From Pecten maximus (taxonomy: Eukaryota), in contig NC_047018.1 in NCBI RefSeq assembly GCF_902652985.1, positions 22,134,001-22,198,000 of the forward strand: a DNA stretch of 64,000 nt. The letters run 5' to 3'. This document shows positions 13,654 through 27,700 of the stretch, in pieces. Position 1 is the stretch's first letter; every line of letters begins with the position of its first letter. The notes under the pieces were generated by a model, which saw nothing but the letters and a program-made list of their open reading frames with translations, made no database searches and was not told the DNA's origin. Made by a program: the position numbers and the translations under genes.

Positions 13654-14553
13654 GGAGCCTGAAGTTGGTTCCGAGTTCCGAGTTTCGAATTCCGTTTAAG
13701 TAAAACGGAACTAGGAACCAGTTCCGAGTTCCGTTTAAGAAAAACGGAACTAGAAATTAGTCTCCAAATTCCTTAAAGAAAATATTCCTCGTACTTTATC
13801 TCAATATGAGACCCGAATCTGAAAAAGAAATGATATGTTAATGAGTGTAAGGACACTTATCAGTCAGGTATAAACTTTACGGGACTTGGCCCTTGTTCCC
13901 AGTTCCGTTTAAAATAAATGAAACTAGAAACCAGTTCCGAGTTCCGTTTAAGAACCAGCTCCGAGTTCCGTTTAAGTAAAACGGAACTACAAGGTATTAG
14001 CTTTACGGGTTGTGGTCCCCGTTCCGAGTTCCGTTTAAGAATAACGAACTGCTATGTATAAACTTTACGGGACTTTGTCCCAGTTCCTAGTTTCGTTTAT
14101 CTTAAAAGGAACTCGGAAAACCAATAAAGCTAATGCATAGTATGTCCGTTATTCTTGAACGGAACTCGGAAAACCAATAAAGCTAATGCATAGTATGTCC
14201 GTTATTCTTGAACGGAACTCGGAACTGGGACCAAAACTCGTAAAGCTAATAATAAATTGTAGTTCCGTTTACTCGGAACTGGTTCCTAGTTATCTTAAAC
14301 GGAACTCGGAACTGGTTTCTAGTTTCATTTATTTTATACGGAACTGGGAATAAGGACCATGTCCCGTTAAGTTGATACCCGACTGATAAGTGTCCTTACA
14401 ATCATTGACATATCATTTCTTTTTCAGATTCGGGTCTTATATTGAGATAAAGTACGTAGAATATTTTCTTTAATGAATTTGGAAACTAATTCCTAGTTTC
14501 GTTTTTCTTAAACAGAACTCGGAACACAGAACTCGGAACCAACTTCAGGCTCC
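13654..14553. mobile_element. Foldback/MITE-like non-autonomous DNA element, about 900 bp and almost wholly palindromic
   Basis: Left end GGAGCCTGAAGTTGGTTCCGAGTTC is the reverse complement of the right end GAACTCGGAACCAACTTCAGGCTCC. The arms pair for roughly 400 bp. Internal repeat GTTCCGAGTTCCGTTTAAG. 53-bp direct duplication at 14108-14213. No ORF. Confidence 0.9.
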
Positions 14554-17500
14554 ATTATATATATTGATTCTTCTTAGACCATCAAGGCTTCAGACCAAAT
14601 TTAGACACAATATGTCCTTTCTACAGAAGGACTCCCCTTAAGCCTTATCACCCAGGACTCGTATTTCTTTTTTTTTTAAATCTTTCCTCCAGGGATATCC
14701 CTGACTAAATTTTATTAAAATCCAGATAGTCTATTTGACGTGGTAGTCGTACAAAGAGTTCTAATTAACCATTTCGAGAGTTCTTGCAAAAAATAGTCTT
14801 GCTCGAAAGATGATCTTCCGGTTGAAACTATTATCAATATGCTCAACTCAGCAAATACACCTTGTGAATAGGAATTATTTATATAATAACTGAATGGGAA
14901 TGTCTATTCTATTAAGAAACAAATACTGTTGAACATGTCTATACATTGATTTCAGTATGCTTTTTTTCTGATAGAAAACGTACCTATCCTGAATGTATGC
15001 AAATAAATTCATGATTTTAATCATCTTTCATTGAAAGGATAAGCCGTGTTATTCCTTGTGGTTTTAAAGTACGTTCCATTTTAGAATAAATTTGTCAATT
15101 CATTTTAATATATTAAAGATCGTTTGTAGGAATGAACTTGCCTATTTGTATTTTTTGATGGCAAACTTCCAAATGATATATAACTTGATGAGTATGTGTT
15201 AGATAACAAACTGTGTCGAGTTAATAAATGCGGTTAGAATAATAATAGATTTGTACCTAAGACGAAATTATTTGTAGTGTTGGGATTAAAAAAAATCGGT
15301 CGAAACCATAGCAACTAGTAAAGAACGTGGATAAAGAAAACGAATTACACCAATATTGATTGAATACGGTTTATTACTTGCTTACGCACCTCTTTTAAGA
15401 TAGAAGTGGGGGTGGATAGATGTGTGCTTCCAGATAGGGAATGTTCTCTGGTGAAATCGAGAGTATTGACTCTGTGTCAACAAAGCCTTAACACAGCGGT
15501 AAAGACACACATGAAGGAACCAACATATAAGATTCAATTAAGGAGGACTGTACAGCTACTGTTGTACGGCTTCCCATCGTAAACATTGTTGACTTTTTAT
15601 TTTGAAGTAACAAAAGTATTCGACATGAGGTCAAGTCTACTAGGATACTAATATATATCAACGCTTGAACATACAATAAAAACACTCTATATTCTAAAAT
15701 TAAAGTTTTATGACGATTTAAATCATATGATGGATACCGAAGAAGAAACAAATACGAGTCAGTTTTAAGTACACTTTTATGATGTTGACAATACTGATGA
15801 ACTACGGGTATGTATGTGGGTATAGATGATAGTGAGACTGGTGATATAATATATCTATTGTAAAGGCTGTCACGTCTAAAAACAAGTGATTAACGAAATT
15901 GAAACTCAAAATCGATATGACAGAGCCAAAAAGATATAAAAAAAAATGTACTACCCTTGAAAAAGTACAAGGACCATGTGTTCCAGAGCGTTACGCGTCT
16001 TCTGCCTCAAAGCAGGGGAGGGGTTGTGTAGATTTCGTTGTTTTCGAGAACAGGATAAAATCGCCAAACGCACATCGTAAATGAATTAATCAACGAGAAA
16101 ATAACATAACTTTTTGCAAAAAATACAGGTTTTTGCTTCAAACATCTAATCGCACAAAAAATGAATCAACAAAAATCAACATATGATATATCGTCTTCTG
16201 CTGGATTTAGTGAAAGGACGCGTCTCCGTGTCATGTAAGATACATTAGTAGAACTACATTTTGTTTCTTTTCTGGAAACAAAAATGATATAATTCTCCTT
16301 TGTTCTTCAGGATATTCCTTGAAATATAAAGTCACGACCACTATTTGTTTGGTATACAAAGGGTTGGACAGAATATATGTATTTATCAGTGATAGATATA
16401 CAGTATAAGCCGTATAAAATATATAACTGCACCATAAAGCAGTTTCGTTCTGGTGCCAAAATTTGAAATCCAGAGGAAAGATAAGACATAGAAATGATCC
16501 TAGTAAATGTAATACCATAGAAATGCCACCTAATATATAATCTAATCCATACAGATACAACGAACAAGACCAGACAAAGGAACATTTGATATTTCAGTTT
16601 TTAAAAAAAGTATATTTCACCAAATGAAGTCAAGTGTTGTCACTTTCAGAAGATTTCTACACCAACATGGTTTTTTTTAGAAGGTTTTCTTTCTTTGCGT
16701 TTGCTGTGCCTTTTTTTCCCCTCAAGATGACTGTAGTAGTGGAACCCCTTACGTTGACTGTCCGTTCATTTTTGAATTATTTTCCAGACAAGCGACGTCG
16801 TAATTGACCTCCACAATTCAAAGTTAAAATTATTTTTTGAGGTGCTTAAGTGTGACCCAACTTTAGATGGTTTCACTGTATTACACCATGTAAAAGAATG
16901 TATTTAACATTATTATGATTTACATATTTTAGAATTATTTGAGAAGATTTGACGTCAGTTGAGGAATCAGATGTGCTTCACCAGTATTTTAACATGACTC
17001 ATTCACATTACAGCAAAAAGATGTATCCTCTTTAAATAGGTGTTATATTTCCTTTTTCATAATCAGAACAATGCACATTAATGCAGGGTATGATAAATTA
17101 ACCCCTGTTGTTCCTGTTTTTCGACTGTTATGAGGTAGTTCCAGAGCAAATTATGATTATACTAATTGTAATTGCTAAATTACTAGTGTAAAACCACGAT
17201 ATATATGTATCTCACCATTGTTAAGCTATAGCGAAACACCTGCTGTACCATTCTCATTGATAGTCAACATTGTACATTCCACGTAACACAAAGGCATAAT
17301 TCGCCTACAGCATTTATGAATAAATAAAAACTTTGTTATCATAAGCAAATACACTGTAGTTAAGTATACTGTTACTGTTTGCCCATACATACATGTATTT
17401 AATGCATGAATAAGTATTTCCCAGATCTACTGATCCCCTATAGACCTCCCGTTATGTTGGCATGTGTTGCATTGTTATAATACCCGTATCTGTGATATTC

Positions 17501-17887
17501 AAAGTTGTACACAAGTCTTATATTCATTTTGCTTGACCAGCCACTGATGAGTTATAAAGGGACTCAATAACAATATTAAACAGGGAATGTATACCTGTCT
17601 TTCCTTCAATATGTGATACTGTAATAACATCTGGTGATCACCATTGGAAGTACGCTTATCACATATCATTGTCTATTTCTCCTTCACAGGCAGTTAAATT
17701 TATGCTCTCAGAGACTCTTTGAAATAATTGGACGAGTGGCTCGGAGTTATTGCCCATGTATCCGACGAAGACAGATTTACACCATTATCCTATAATGTAC
17801 GTTAGGACACTTTTGATGCCTGGTGCTCCACCACCAGCTTTAAATCTAAAAGACTGTCTACTTATAGAAATTAACAATAAAGCCTCA

Positions 17888-17893
17888 TTTATT
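17888..17893 (-). terminator. Candidate polyadenylation signal of the kringle/CCP receptor gene
   Basis: TTTATT on the plus strand about 870 bp downstream of the putative stop. Confidence 0.4.
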
Positions 17894-18756
17894 GAAAATC
17901 TCATTGTTCAAGAAAATTAAATTCAAGCGGCATTTGAAAAGATAAAGGAGAGATGGTTGAGCCGAGAGCAGCATATCTCCTAACCACACAATATGTTGAT
18001 ATATGAGTATTGTTACCTGTTAAGTACTATTTTGATATATAAGTATGCATAGCTTGTGAAATAGTATGTTTTACAGTAAAAGTTACTTATACCATATGTC
18101 CAGGGATATTATAAAAGTGTCCGAAAATATATGAACAGAGAAAAGTAATTAAGAACGAGATGATTTTGAAATATATTGGCGATCATGAGATGTCAAACAA
18201 AACTTTAAACTGATATTTTGCGTGAAGTCTTTCTGATTTCAATTTAGAATTTGAATATCAATTCAGAAACATACAGAATCGGAACAATAAAGCATTCTTA
18301 AAAAGTAACATACAGGAATCAGTTATATATGGATAAAAGAAATATCATAAATGCTCTAACATTACTTCTCATCGACGAAAGAAAAGACACAATCAGCTAA
18401 TAGGTAACATGTATTCTATTTTAAGAATATAAAGCTGCATCGTTTTTAATATGGATGATAAAAATACATCATTCTTAGCAAACATTCAAAGAGTTATACA
18501 TAAAGGACACCGCGGTTGTGTCCCTTGGTAGACGTTCACATAAAAACAAATCTTTCTCTGGCAGTGATAATGAAGTGTGTGTGAGCAGACAAAATAGGTT
18601 CCAAATGCGATATTTATCAACATTTGATTAACGTATTACAAATATACACCAGCAAAATATCTGAATAAGGACATTTTAAAATCAGAAGCAATAACTATTT
18701 CATAATTGTTCTCTGTTCACAATGTAGGGTTTCTCTCTTTCTTGTGTCCTGCGTCG

Positions 18757-18764
18757 TCACAATT
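18757..18764 (-). CDS. Putative last coding exon of the receptor (E-L-stop, then 3' UTR)
   Basis: Strong acceptor CTTGTTTTTTTTAG. Phase 1 gives GAA TTG TGA. An unseen intervening exon could change the frame and lengthen the tail. Confidence 0.4.
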
Positions 18765-21700
18765 CTAAAAAAAACAAGCGATGAACTTTTATAATCTTAC
18801 TATTAATTTCCCTCGCTTATAATGTATTTAGTAATACTATTAACTTCACATCTGATACTTTAAACAAAATGAAATAAACCATTAATAAGAAACTAATAAT
18901 GAAAAAAATTAAATTAAAAAAGGCGAATATGCAACAATTCCTGCGCCACTACAATAACAATGACGTACTTTCTATTCTGTATAATGTGAAATAAGTGCGT
19001 TTTCAGTTGGATTCGTACAATCAGATTTTAATGAATCAAGAAAAAAATATCGCCATTGGTAAACCAGTCGTGTTATCGTAGTACACCTGCGCATACTTTT
19101 TCAACAGCCCATACGTCCCAACTTTATAGAGGAAGGCATCATCAATATTTGTACATGGGTAAAAGGAGCAGAACTCTTTTGAAGTAAAGTGTTTATTAAT
19201 ATGTTTTCTTTCAAAACTTTGAGGTGCTTAATATTGACTCTGAGATGGAAATGAAATGAGTTATTAGGATGACATTTTAAATTTGGACAGTAAAACTGTA
19301 ATTCTTTATTCCCAAACGAAGCAACTGTTACACGTGTATACAAGTATTCTACCATTTTACATAACCGTTTTCTATGATTCACCCATACACACGTATCTTA
19401 TTATTTTATATAGATACGAGTTTTCTATTACTTTACATATAAAAGAATTCCATTATTTTACATATATAAATATTCTATTGTACAAAAACTATACCTGTAC
19501 TTACCGTCTTCCATATCTTTATAAGTAATATTTATATTAGAACTCTTTCGGCTTGTCTTTCTTCTGAATTTTCTGCAACAGACAAGCCACACAAGTAAAG
19601 ATATATTTGGATTATCATTTAAAAAGTAGATAAATGATACATAGGAATACTCACTTAAAATTTTTAAAAGTCAACAAGACAGCGAAAACAAGTAAACAGG
19701 TCATAAAACCATTTCGCCGAAAAGTTGTATCAAGGGTCAAAATTGGAAGACATCAATTAATGACATTAACACCCATGTTGCATAATAAATGTATACAATA
19801 CATTTCTGACGTATCATTGAACAGAAAATGTGAATATCAATAAAAATAATTGTATATGGTTTGATCCTTACCTTACAAGAAAATATGTTGCTGTTGCTAC
19901 TGCTGTACCGAGAATTATGATTACACAGGCAGCAATGATGCCTTTATCAAGTACACTTAATTCTTCGCCAGAATCTGCTTCCGGTAACATCTTTAATGGA
20001 GCTAAAATAACAGACAAAAGAGTGACAGGTATACATGTATTATTCATTTGTTATTTTATACTTTTATCAAATACTCTTCGTTAACCTCAATAATCATATT
20101 GACATATATATAGGGTAATGATTAGTTGTAAATTGTGTGTGTGTGCGTGCGCGCGTGAAATTATAGTTTGTGATACTAATGTATGCTAAAATTATCTGAA
20201 ATAAAAAAAAAATACTTCACTTTTTCCTTTTATTTTATCACAAGCTGGTAATGACGAATTCCATCTTTTATCTTTCGTGCACATCAGACCAACGTATTTT
20301 TTGTCATTTTTACAGCCGACAGATATCACCCCTCCTACAGACAAGGAAGCACCGGCATCCATCTTCATCACATGCAGGTCATTTAATGTCGGAAGTGGAC
20401 ATTTCACCGCTGAAAAGTATTATTGAAATATTTCAGTGCTAAAATCACAAGCAATTACCAACCAGTAAATGAAATCGTAATTCTAACTAGGTAAAAAAAA
20501 AAGCAAAATGAACATTTACAGGAGATCCTTGAAAACGTAAAACAAGATTATTGCAAGGTGTTCCAGAGGTACGCTTCATCGTCAACGCCCACTAGGTTAT
20601 AACTAGGTGTTCCAGGGGTACGCTTCATCGACAACGCCCACTAGGTTATAACTAGGTGTTCCAGGGGTACGCTTCATCGACAACGCCCACTAGGTTATAA
20701 CTAGGTGTTCCAGGGGAACGCTTCATCGACAACGCCCATTAGGTTATAACTGGGTGTACCTGAGGTACGCTTCATCGACAACGCCCACTAGGTTATAACT
20801 AGGTGTTCCAGAGGTACGCTTCATCGACAGCGTCCGCTAGGTTATAACTAGGTGTTCCAGGGGTACGCTTCATCGACAACGCCCACTAGGTTATAACTGG
20901 GTGTACCTGAGGTACGCTTCATCGACAACGCCCACTAGGTTATAACTAGGTGTTCCACAGGTACGCTTCATCGACAACGTCCGCTAGGTTATAACTAGGT
21001 GTTCCAGGGGTACGCTTCATCGTCAACGCCCACTAGGTTATAACTAGGTGTTTCAGTGGTTCGCTTCATCGTCAACGCCCACTAGGTTATACAATGTAAC
21101 TAGGTGTTCCAGAGGTACGCTTCATCGACAACGTCCGCTAGGTTATAACTAGGTGTTCCAGGGGTACGCTTCATCGACAACCTCCACTAGGTTATAACTA
21201 GGTGTTTCAGTGGCCGAGTGGTTAAGGTGTCCCGACACTTTAACGCTAGCCTTCCACCTCTCTGGCTTGCGAGTTCGAAACCTACGTGGGGCAGTTGCCA
21301 GGCACTGACCGTAGGCCGGTGGTTTTTCTCCGGGTACTCCGGCTTTCCTCCACCTCCAAACCTGGCACGTCCTTAAATGACCCTGGCTGTTAATAGGACG
21401 TTAAACAAAAACAATGTTCCAGGGGTACGCTTCATCGACAACGCCCACTAGGTTATAACTAGGTGTTTCAGAGGTACGCTTCATCGACAACCTCCACTAG
21501 GTTATAACTAGGTGTTCCAGGGGTACGCTTCATCGTCAACGCCCACTAGGTTATAACTAGGTGTTTCAGTGGTACGCTTCATCGTCAACGCCCACTAGGT
21601 TATAACTAGGTGTTCCAGGGGTACGCTTCATCGACAACGCCCACTAGGTTATAACTAGGTGTTTCAGAGGTACGCTTCATCGACAACCTCCACTAGGTTA

Positions 21701-24700
21701 TAACTAGGTGTTCGAGGGGTCGACACGCCCACTAGGTTATAACTAGGTGGTTCCAGGGGTACCTTCATCGACACCCTCCCCCCCCCATAGGTTATAACTA
21801 GGTGTTTCAGTGGTACGCTTCATCGTCAACGCCCACTAGGTTATAACTAGGTGTTCCAGGGGTACGCTTCATCGACAACGTCCGCTAGGTTATAACTGGG
21901 TGTACCTGAGGTACGCTTCATCGACAACGCCAGCTAGGTTATAACTAGGTGTTCCAGAGGTACGCTTCATCGACAACGCCCACTAGGTTATAACTAGGTG
22001 TTCGAGAGGTACGCTTCCCACACGTCACGACCCACTAGATTTACCTAGGTGTCAAGGGGTCGCCTTCATCTACAACGCCCACTAGGTTTAACTAGGTGTA
22101 CCCCTGAGTACGCTTCAGTCGACACACGCCCACCTAAGTTTGATAACAGGGTTTCCAGAGGTACGCTTCATCGACAACGTCCGCTAAGTTATAACTAGGT
22201 GTTCCAGAAGTTCGCTTCATCGGCAACGCCCTACTAGGTTATAACTAGGTGTTCCAGGGGTACGCTTCATCGATAACGCCTACTAGGTTATAACTAGGTG
22301 TTCCAGAGTTACGCTTCATCGACATCGTCCACTAGGTTATAACTAGGTGTTCCAGAGTTACGCTTCATCGACAACGTCCGCTAGGTTATAACTGGGTGTA
22401 CCTGAGGTACGCTTCATCGACAACGCCAGCTAGGTTATAACTAGGTGTTCCAGAGATTCGCTTCATCGACAACGTCCGCTAGGTTATAACTGGGTGTATC
22501 TGATGTACGCTTCATCGACAACGCCAGCTAGGTTATAACTAGGTGTTCCAGAGGTTCGCTTCATCGACAACGTCCGCTAAGTTATAACAAGGTGTTCCAG
22601 AGGTTCGCTTCATCGATAATGCCCACTAGGTTATAACTAGTTGTTTCGTAATAACGCTTCATCGACAACGCCCACTAGGTTAGGACTAGGTGTTTCAGAG
22701 GGTTTCATCAAGAACAATACACGGAAAATACAAAACTGACAAACATACAAAGCACACTGGTGTTCTCATATTGAAAGAAAGGTTTGAATTCAATTGCGAG
22801 GAAGTACTACAAACGAGAAATTAATCTGAGACAATTTCAAACTGAATATCTTATATTTTCATGATATTGAAAATATACATCTTTCTATGTATTCTTAAGG
22901 GAAATGTGTGTATTAAACAAGTACCTGTACATATGGATTCGAGTTTCCCCCATGTGCCGTCAAGTCCACACTGAAGTGTACGAGAGCCCTGGAGTTCAAA
23001 TCCATCCTTACATTTGATACTAACAATATCCTTATACAGGTAGCTCGTCTTCTTTGGTATGATATTGTATTCAACTTCCAAAGGTGGCGCACACGATATA
23101 TCTACAAAATATCAATGTTAATCGGTACAGATTAACGTTTTCCTAAATCATATTTTCTAAGATTTCTAGCAATTTACTCAAATCACAAATATATAGGTCT
23201 GATTCAACCCTGCTGCTTTTACTAGCTTTCAAATGAACTGTGACGGAATATCTACGCATTGTAAAGACCGTATACTATTACAATGAGCGCTTTAGCGATA
23301 AGATTTGTAATCTAGCACAACATATTTAATACTTTGATGTTAAAAAAAACCAAGTTTGTCATTCCCGAAATTTATAGCTTCGTTACATACAGCAACCGAC
23401 CATTTTAAAAAGATAAATCATCATTCTTATACTTTCATTTTAACATATAACTACTACACGATGTAGATATATCATGGTACATAAAACTCTTGCAGGTGGG
23501 ACAGATTATGATATATTGTCTTGTAGTTGGGATCCTTACATTGACATGTTGGAGTGGAAGCGTTCCAGGTCCCGTCCTTAAGACATTTCATATACGAGGA
23601 ACCTACTACCCTCATCCCCGGCCGGCACCATATAGATATGACATCCCCGGGGGTGACGCCACTACCCTGCTCCACCATCACATACAGGTCGGAAGACAGA
23701 CTCGGTAGCGCGCACATCATTGCTGAAATACAGTTGGTTTTATCTTTATATATATATATATATATATATAATGAGAATAATTTGTGATATTGTAATCAAG
23801 GCATTTCATTAGTTAAAATGTTTAACTTTATTTGTACACTGAAATCAAACACATATGTTGTTTATAAGCAGCTTGGATGATGAGTTTTAAGATATGCAAT
23901 GCATTTAAAAAAATTAGTAGTAACTATGTACAAAAGTTATATAAGAATTAAGGACCTACCATTTATATTATATCGATATATAGACATCTCACTTCACCCT
24001 CAGTCAATATTTTTCTATCAGGCGATATAACACCTTAATGTCCTCACCAAAGACCCATTATTGATAAATATGTAGTTTCTTACTTACCTTGACAGTCTGG
24101 CAGATGACCTCCCCAATGGCCGTTTGCTTCACAGATCATCTCTTTATTCCCGACAGTCTTATAGCCAGACTTACATGCAACTGTCAGCGTTCCACCAAAC
24201 AATAGGTCTGAGGAGCTATTTATAATATACTGCAGCGTATCTGGAGGGGTGGGCACTTGACATGAAAGGGCTGCACAAAAGATGGAGAAAATTATTTCCA
24301 GATATGTTCTGAGTAATTAGAATTTATATGAGCAAACATTTATCTATAACCAACGTTCGATACTAACCATCACATCTGTGCATTGTTCCGTTCCATGTCT
24401 TGTCATGCTGACAAGCTAAAGCGACAGGAATTTGGGGACTATATCCTTCCGCGCATATCACCAAGATCTTGTCTCTGTAACTGTAAACAGTTTTCATACC
24501 CCGAACTATAACGCTGTGGTCAGGCAATACCGGACTTGAGCAGCTGGACACTAAAACAAACACACATTTTTTTCTTATTTGCAGAAAAAGACTATTTACA
24601 CATACGAGTAACAGTGTTGAGTTGTTGACATGAATTGTTACACATTATGTGCGTTTTAAGATTTCAACAGTATATAATAATCGTTATCCTCTTTATTGAT

Positions 24701-27700
24701 AAGGAGCCACGATATAGATACTCTTGATAACAACATGAGTATATTTTTGTTTACATTCTTGATATATATTTAAACACATGCTTAGAACCATTTTGGTTTT
24801 CTCGATTTCCCTTCTAGATGGCCCTAAGATCACCTGTACAAACTCTGACTCTAGCATGCCTGTTTCATCGAATTACTTCGTTTACCCTTCACAACCAGGT
24901 CCGATTCAACCCTTTCTAAACCTGATTAACATTCCGTGCGGCAAGTTAACCAGTAATACTATAATAAAATGAACAACATTCCCTGGAGCAAAGAAACCAG
25001 TAATACAAAAGAAGAATGAACAGCATTCCCTGGAGCAATGAAATGAGTAATACGGAAGTAGGGAGAGCAACATTCCCTAGCGCAAAGAAAATAAAACAGT
25101 AATACGGAACTAGAATGAATAACCTTCCCTGGAGCAATGAAATGAGTAATACGGAAGTAGGGAGAGCAACATTCCCTAGCGCAAAGAAAATAAAACAGTA
25201 ATACGGAACTAGAATGAATAACCTTCCCTGAAGCAAAGAAAACAATAATACGGAAGTAGAATGAACAACATTTTCAAGGGCAAAGAAAACAATGAAAATG
25301 AACAACATTTTCTAGGGCAAAGGAAGCAATACGGCAAGGAAAAGAGTAATCTGGAAGTAGAATGAACAACATTCACTACGACAAGAGCGTTACTCTTACC
25401 AACAAATAGTTAGCCAACCTTTTTCCAATGGATTTCCATTCGGGAAATGATGCTCGATATGTTATCTGACGGGCGCTTTAATACTTTTTACCAACGAATT
25501 ATCTGGTTTTTTCTTTGCTTTCCTCCCGTCTAATTGACCAGGCATTCTTCATGTTTTGATTTTTTGACTCCCACGAGCTTGACCTTCACGATTGCTGATG
25601 CCATGACCTTGACACGTTGCTCATACCATCAAAAGATAATTTCCTTATCATTTGACCTGTGTGACCTTGATTGAAGGTCAACGTTAACAATAATCACCAG
25701 TGTTACATATAGCCAGCCATAAGCCATATCATTATGCCTCTTTTCGAAAAAAAATTTGAAGTTTGGCGAAATATCATTTTTAATGTGCGATGTGTAATCT
25801 TTCGCTATCACCTTTGTATATGCGACCATTAGAACATGTTCGTTTTGATCTGATATGTTTATATTTGACCATTATTTGACCCCTCAATAAAGTCTTGAAT
25901 TTGATATATTCTCTTATCCCGACCAGGACCTACACCAGACACTAAGAAAGTGTGAAGTGAAGTTTTTCTCGTTCAAAATTCTTTTTAAATACATGTAGTT
26001 ATATTTATAGATCCCCGACATTAACCTTCTCGGTATCGTTAATGTCAAAATTAGCTCGGTATTCTTTATCAGGTACTAAAATATGAGCGTTTAATCGTGT
26101 TTACAAGATATATGGAAATAAGAATAACTATAACAATAAGAAGAAAAACATAACGAAAATTATAGGGGTTTCCATCTGAAATGAAAATCTCTGATTGAAT
26201 ATATAATAAATTACCTATACATTCACTTGTGTCGTACGACCAGGAACCGTTGACCAAACAGGTGAGCTCAGCAGGACCTTTCAGTTCCATTCCGCTGACA
26301 CAATTAAGTTGCAGCGTACCACCAACATTCATGTCCTCACTACGATTCATGATTACGTACTTTTCTGGTGGCATATCTGGTGGACTACATGTCACCGCTA
26401 TAAATGGAAAGTGATTACAAAAACTAAACGTTGGTATATCTATCGTATACGTTATAATTGTCCAATTCTTACACTGGCTCACTTCTGATGTTTTACCTCC
26501 TTCGAGCCAAACTGATAAAGCAGTTACCAGCCTGTATTCGCTTTGTGTTTTCAATTTTACCACGTTTACCTAAACATAATTAACAAATCAAATTAAAAAA
26601 TACATTATATAGAAATACTGCTAACAAGGGTTAATGGTGTCATCAATATGACGCAACGCTATACAATGGTGTCATTTCTGTTGCCTTTGACTTCAGGAAC
26701 AACGGGAAATAATTATCATAATGTAGTACGGGGATATGAATATCTTACAACTCTATGTGAAGCGTTCATATTATATGATACTAAAATACACAGTTAAAAC
26801 GAAATATATAAAAGATTATAATCAATGGATATAAAAGATTATAAGGGTTGGATAAACGTTTGAAATCAATGGAAATCATGCCTTTTACTCTGGTTAAGCG
26901 TGATTCAGTCATAGTCAATTTGTGTTTTATCACGAGGTTGAAGTAAATGAAAATAATTAGAAGATTATTATGTTAAATATTGTTAACTCTATATATGCTC
27001 TATACAAAAACGGGCATTAGTGATATAATCGGGTCAAATAAATAAAGTTAGTATACTCACGTACGCATTCTGGAACCTGACCGAACCACGACCCGTCTAG
27101 CTGACAGGTGAGGACATCATGAGATTTTGGAGTGAAACCCCTTTTACACAAAATCTTTAACGCATCCCCGTAAACGAACGATAATGTTCTATGCTCTATA
27201 TAGCTGTTGTTGGTCAAAGTCGGCAGAGGGCATTTAACACCTGGAATGAAAACACCCCACAGATATGTTTTATTAGGTAACACCTGGAATGAAATCAAGC
27301 CACATATATGTTTTATTAGGTAGCGCCTTGAATGAAAACAGGCAACAGATATGTTTTATTAGGTAGCGCCTTGAATGAAAACAAGCCACATATATGTTTT
27401 ATTAGGTAGCGTCTGGAATGAAAACAAGCCACATATATGTTTTATTAGGTAGCGCCTGGAATGAAAACAAGCCACATATATGTTTTATTAGGTAGCGTCT
27501 GGAATGAAAACAAGCCACAGATATGTTTTATTAGGTAGCGCCTGGAATGAAAACAAGCCACCAATATGTTTGATTAAGTAGCGCCTGGAATGAAAACAAG
27601 CCACTAATATGTTTTATCAGGTAGCGCCTGGAATGAAAACAATCCACTAATATGTTTTATCAGGTAGCGCCTGGAATAAAACAAGCCACAGATATGTTTT

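Noticed and set aside
16231-16585. Two hydrophobic minus-strand ORFs (109 and 92 aa)
   Set aside because: Hydrophobicity follows from T-rich sequence. They overlap in different frames and show no domain.
17543-17575. CTGATGA followed by a small stem, a possible hammerhead ribozyme
   Set aside because: No GAAA after stem II. The other CTGATGA sites I checked also lack the core.
19353-19396. Possible extra cytoplasmic exon ([15 protein letters not shown]) that would extend the tail
   Set aside because: The acceptor has no pyrimidine tract and the donor is weak. Left unresolved pending cDNA.
19830-20084. Plus-strand ORFs over receptor exons (also 23490-23787, 26229-26414, 35529-35840, 40755-41165)
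   Set aside because: Antisense shadows of real minus-strand exons.
24946-25308. 120-aa repetitive hydrophobic ORF
   Set aside because: It is the translation of the 99-bp tandem repeat inside an intron.
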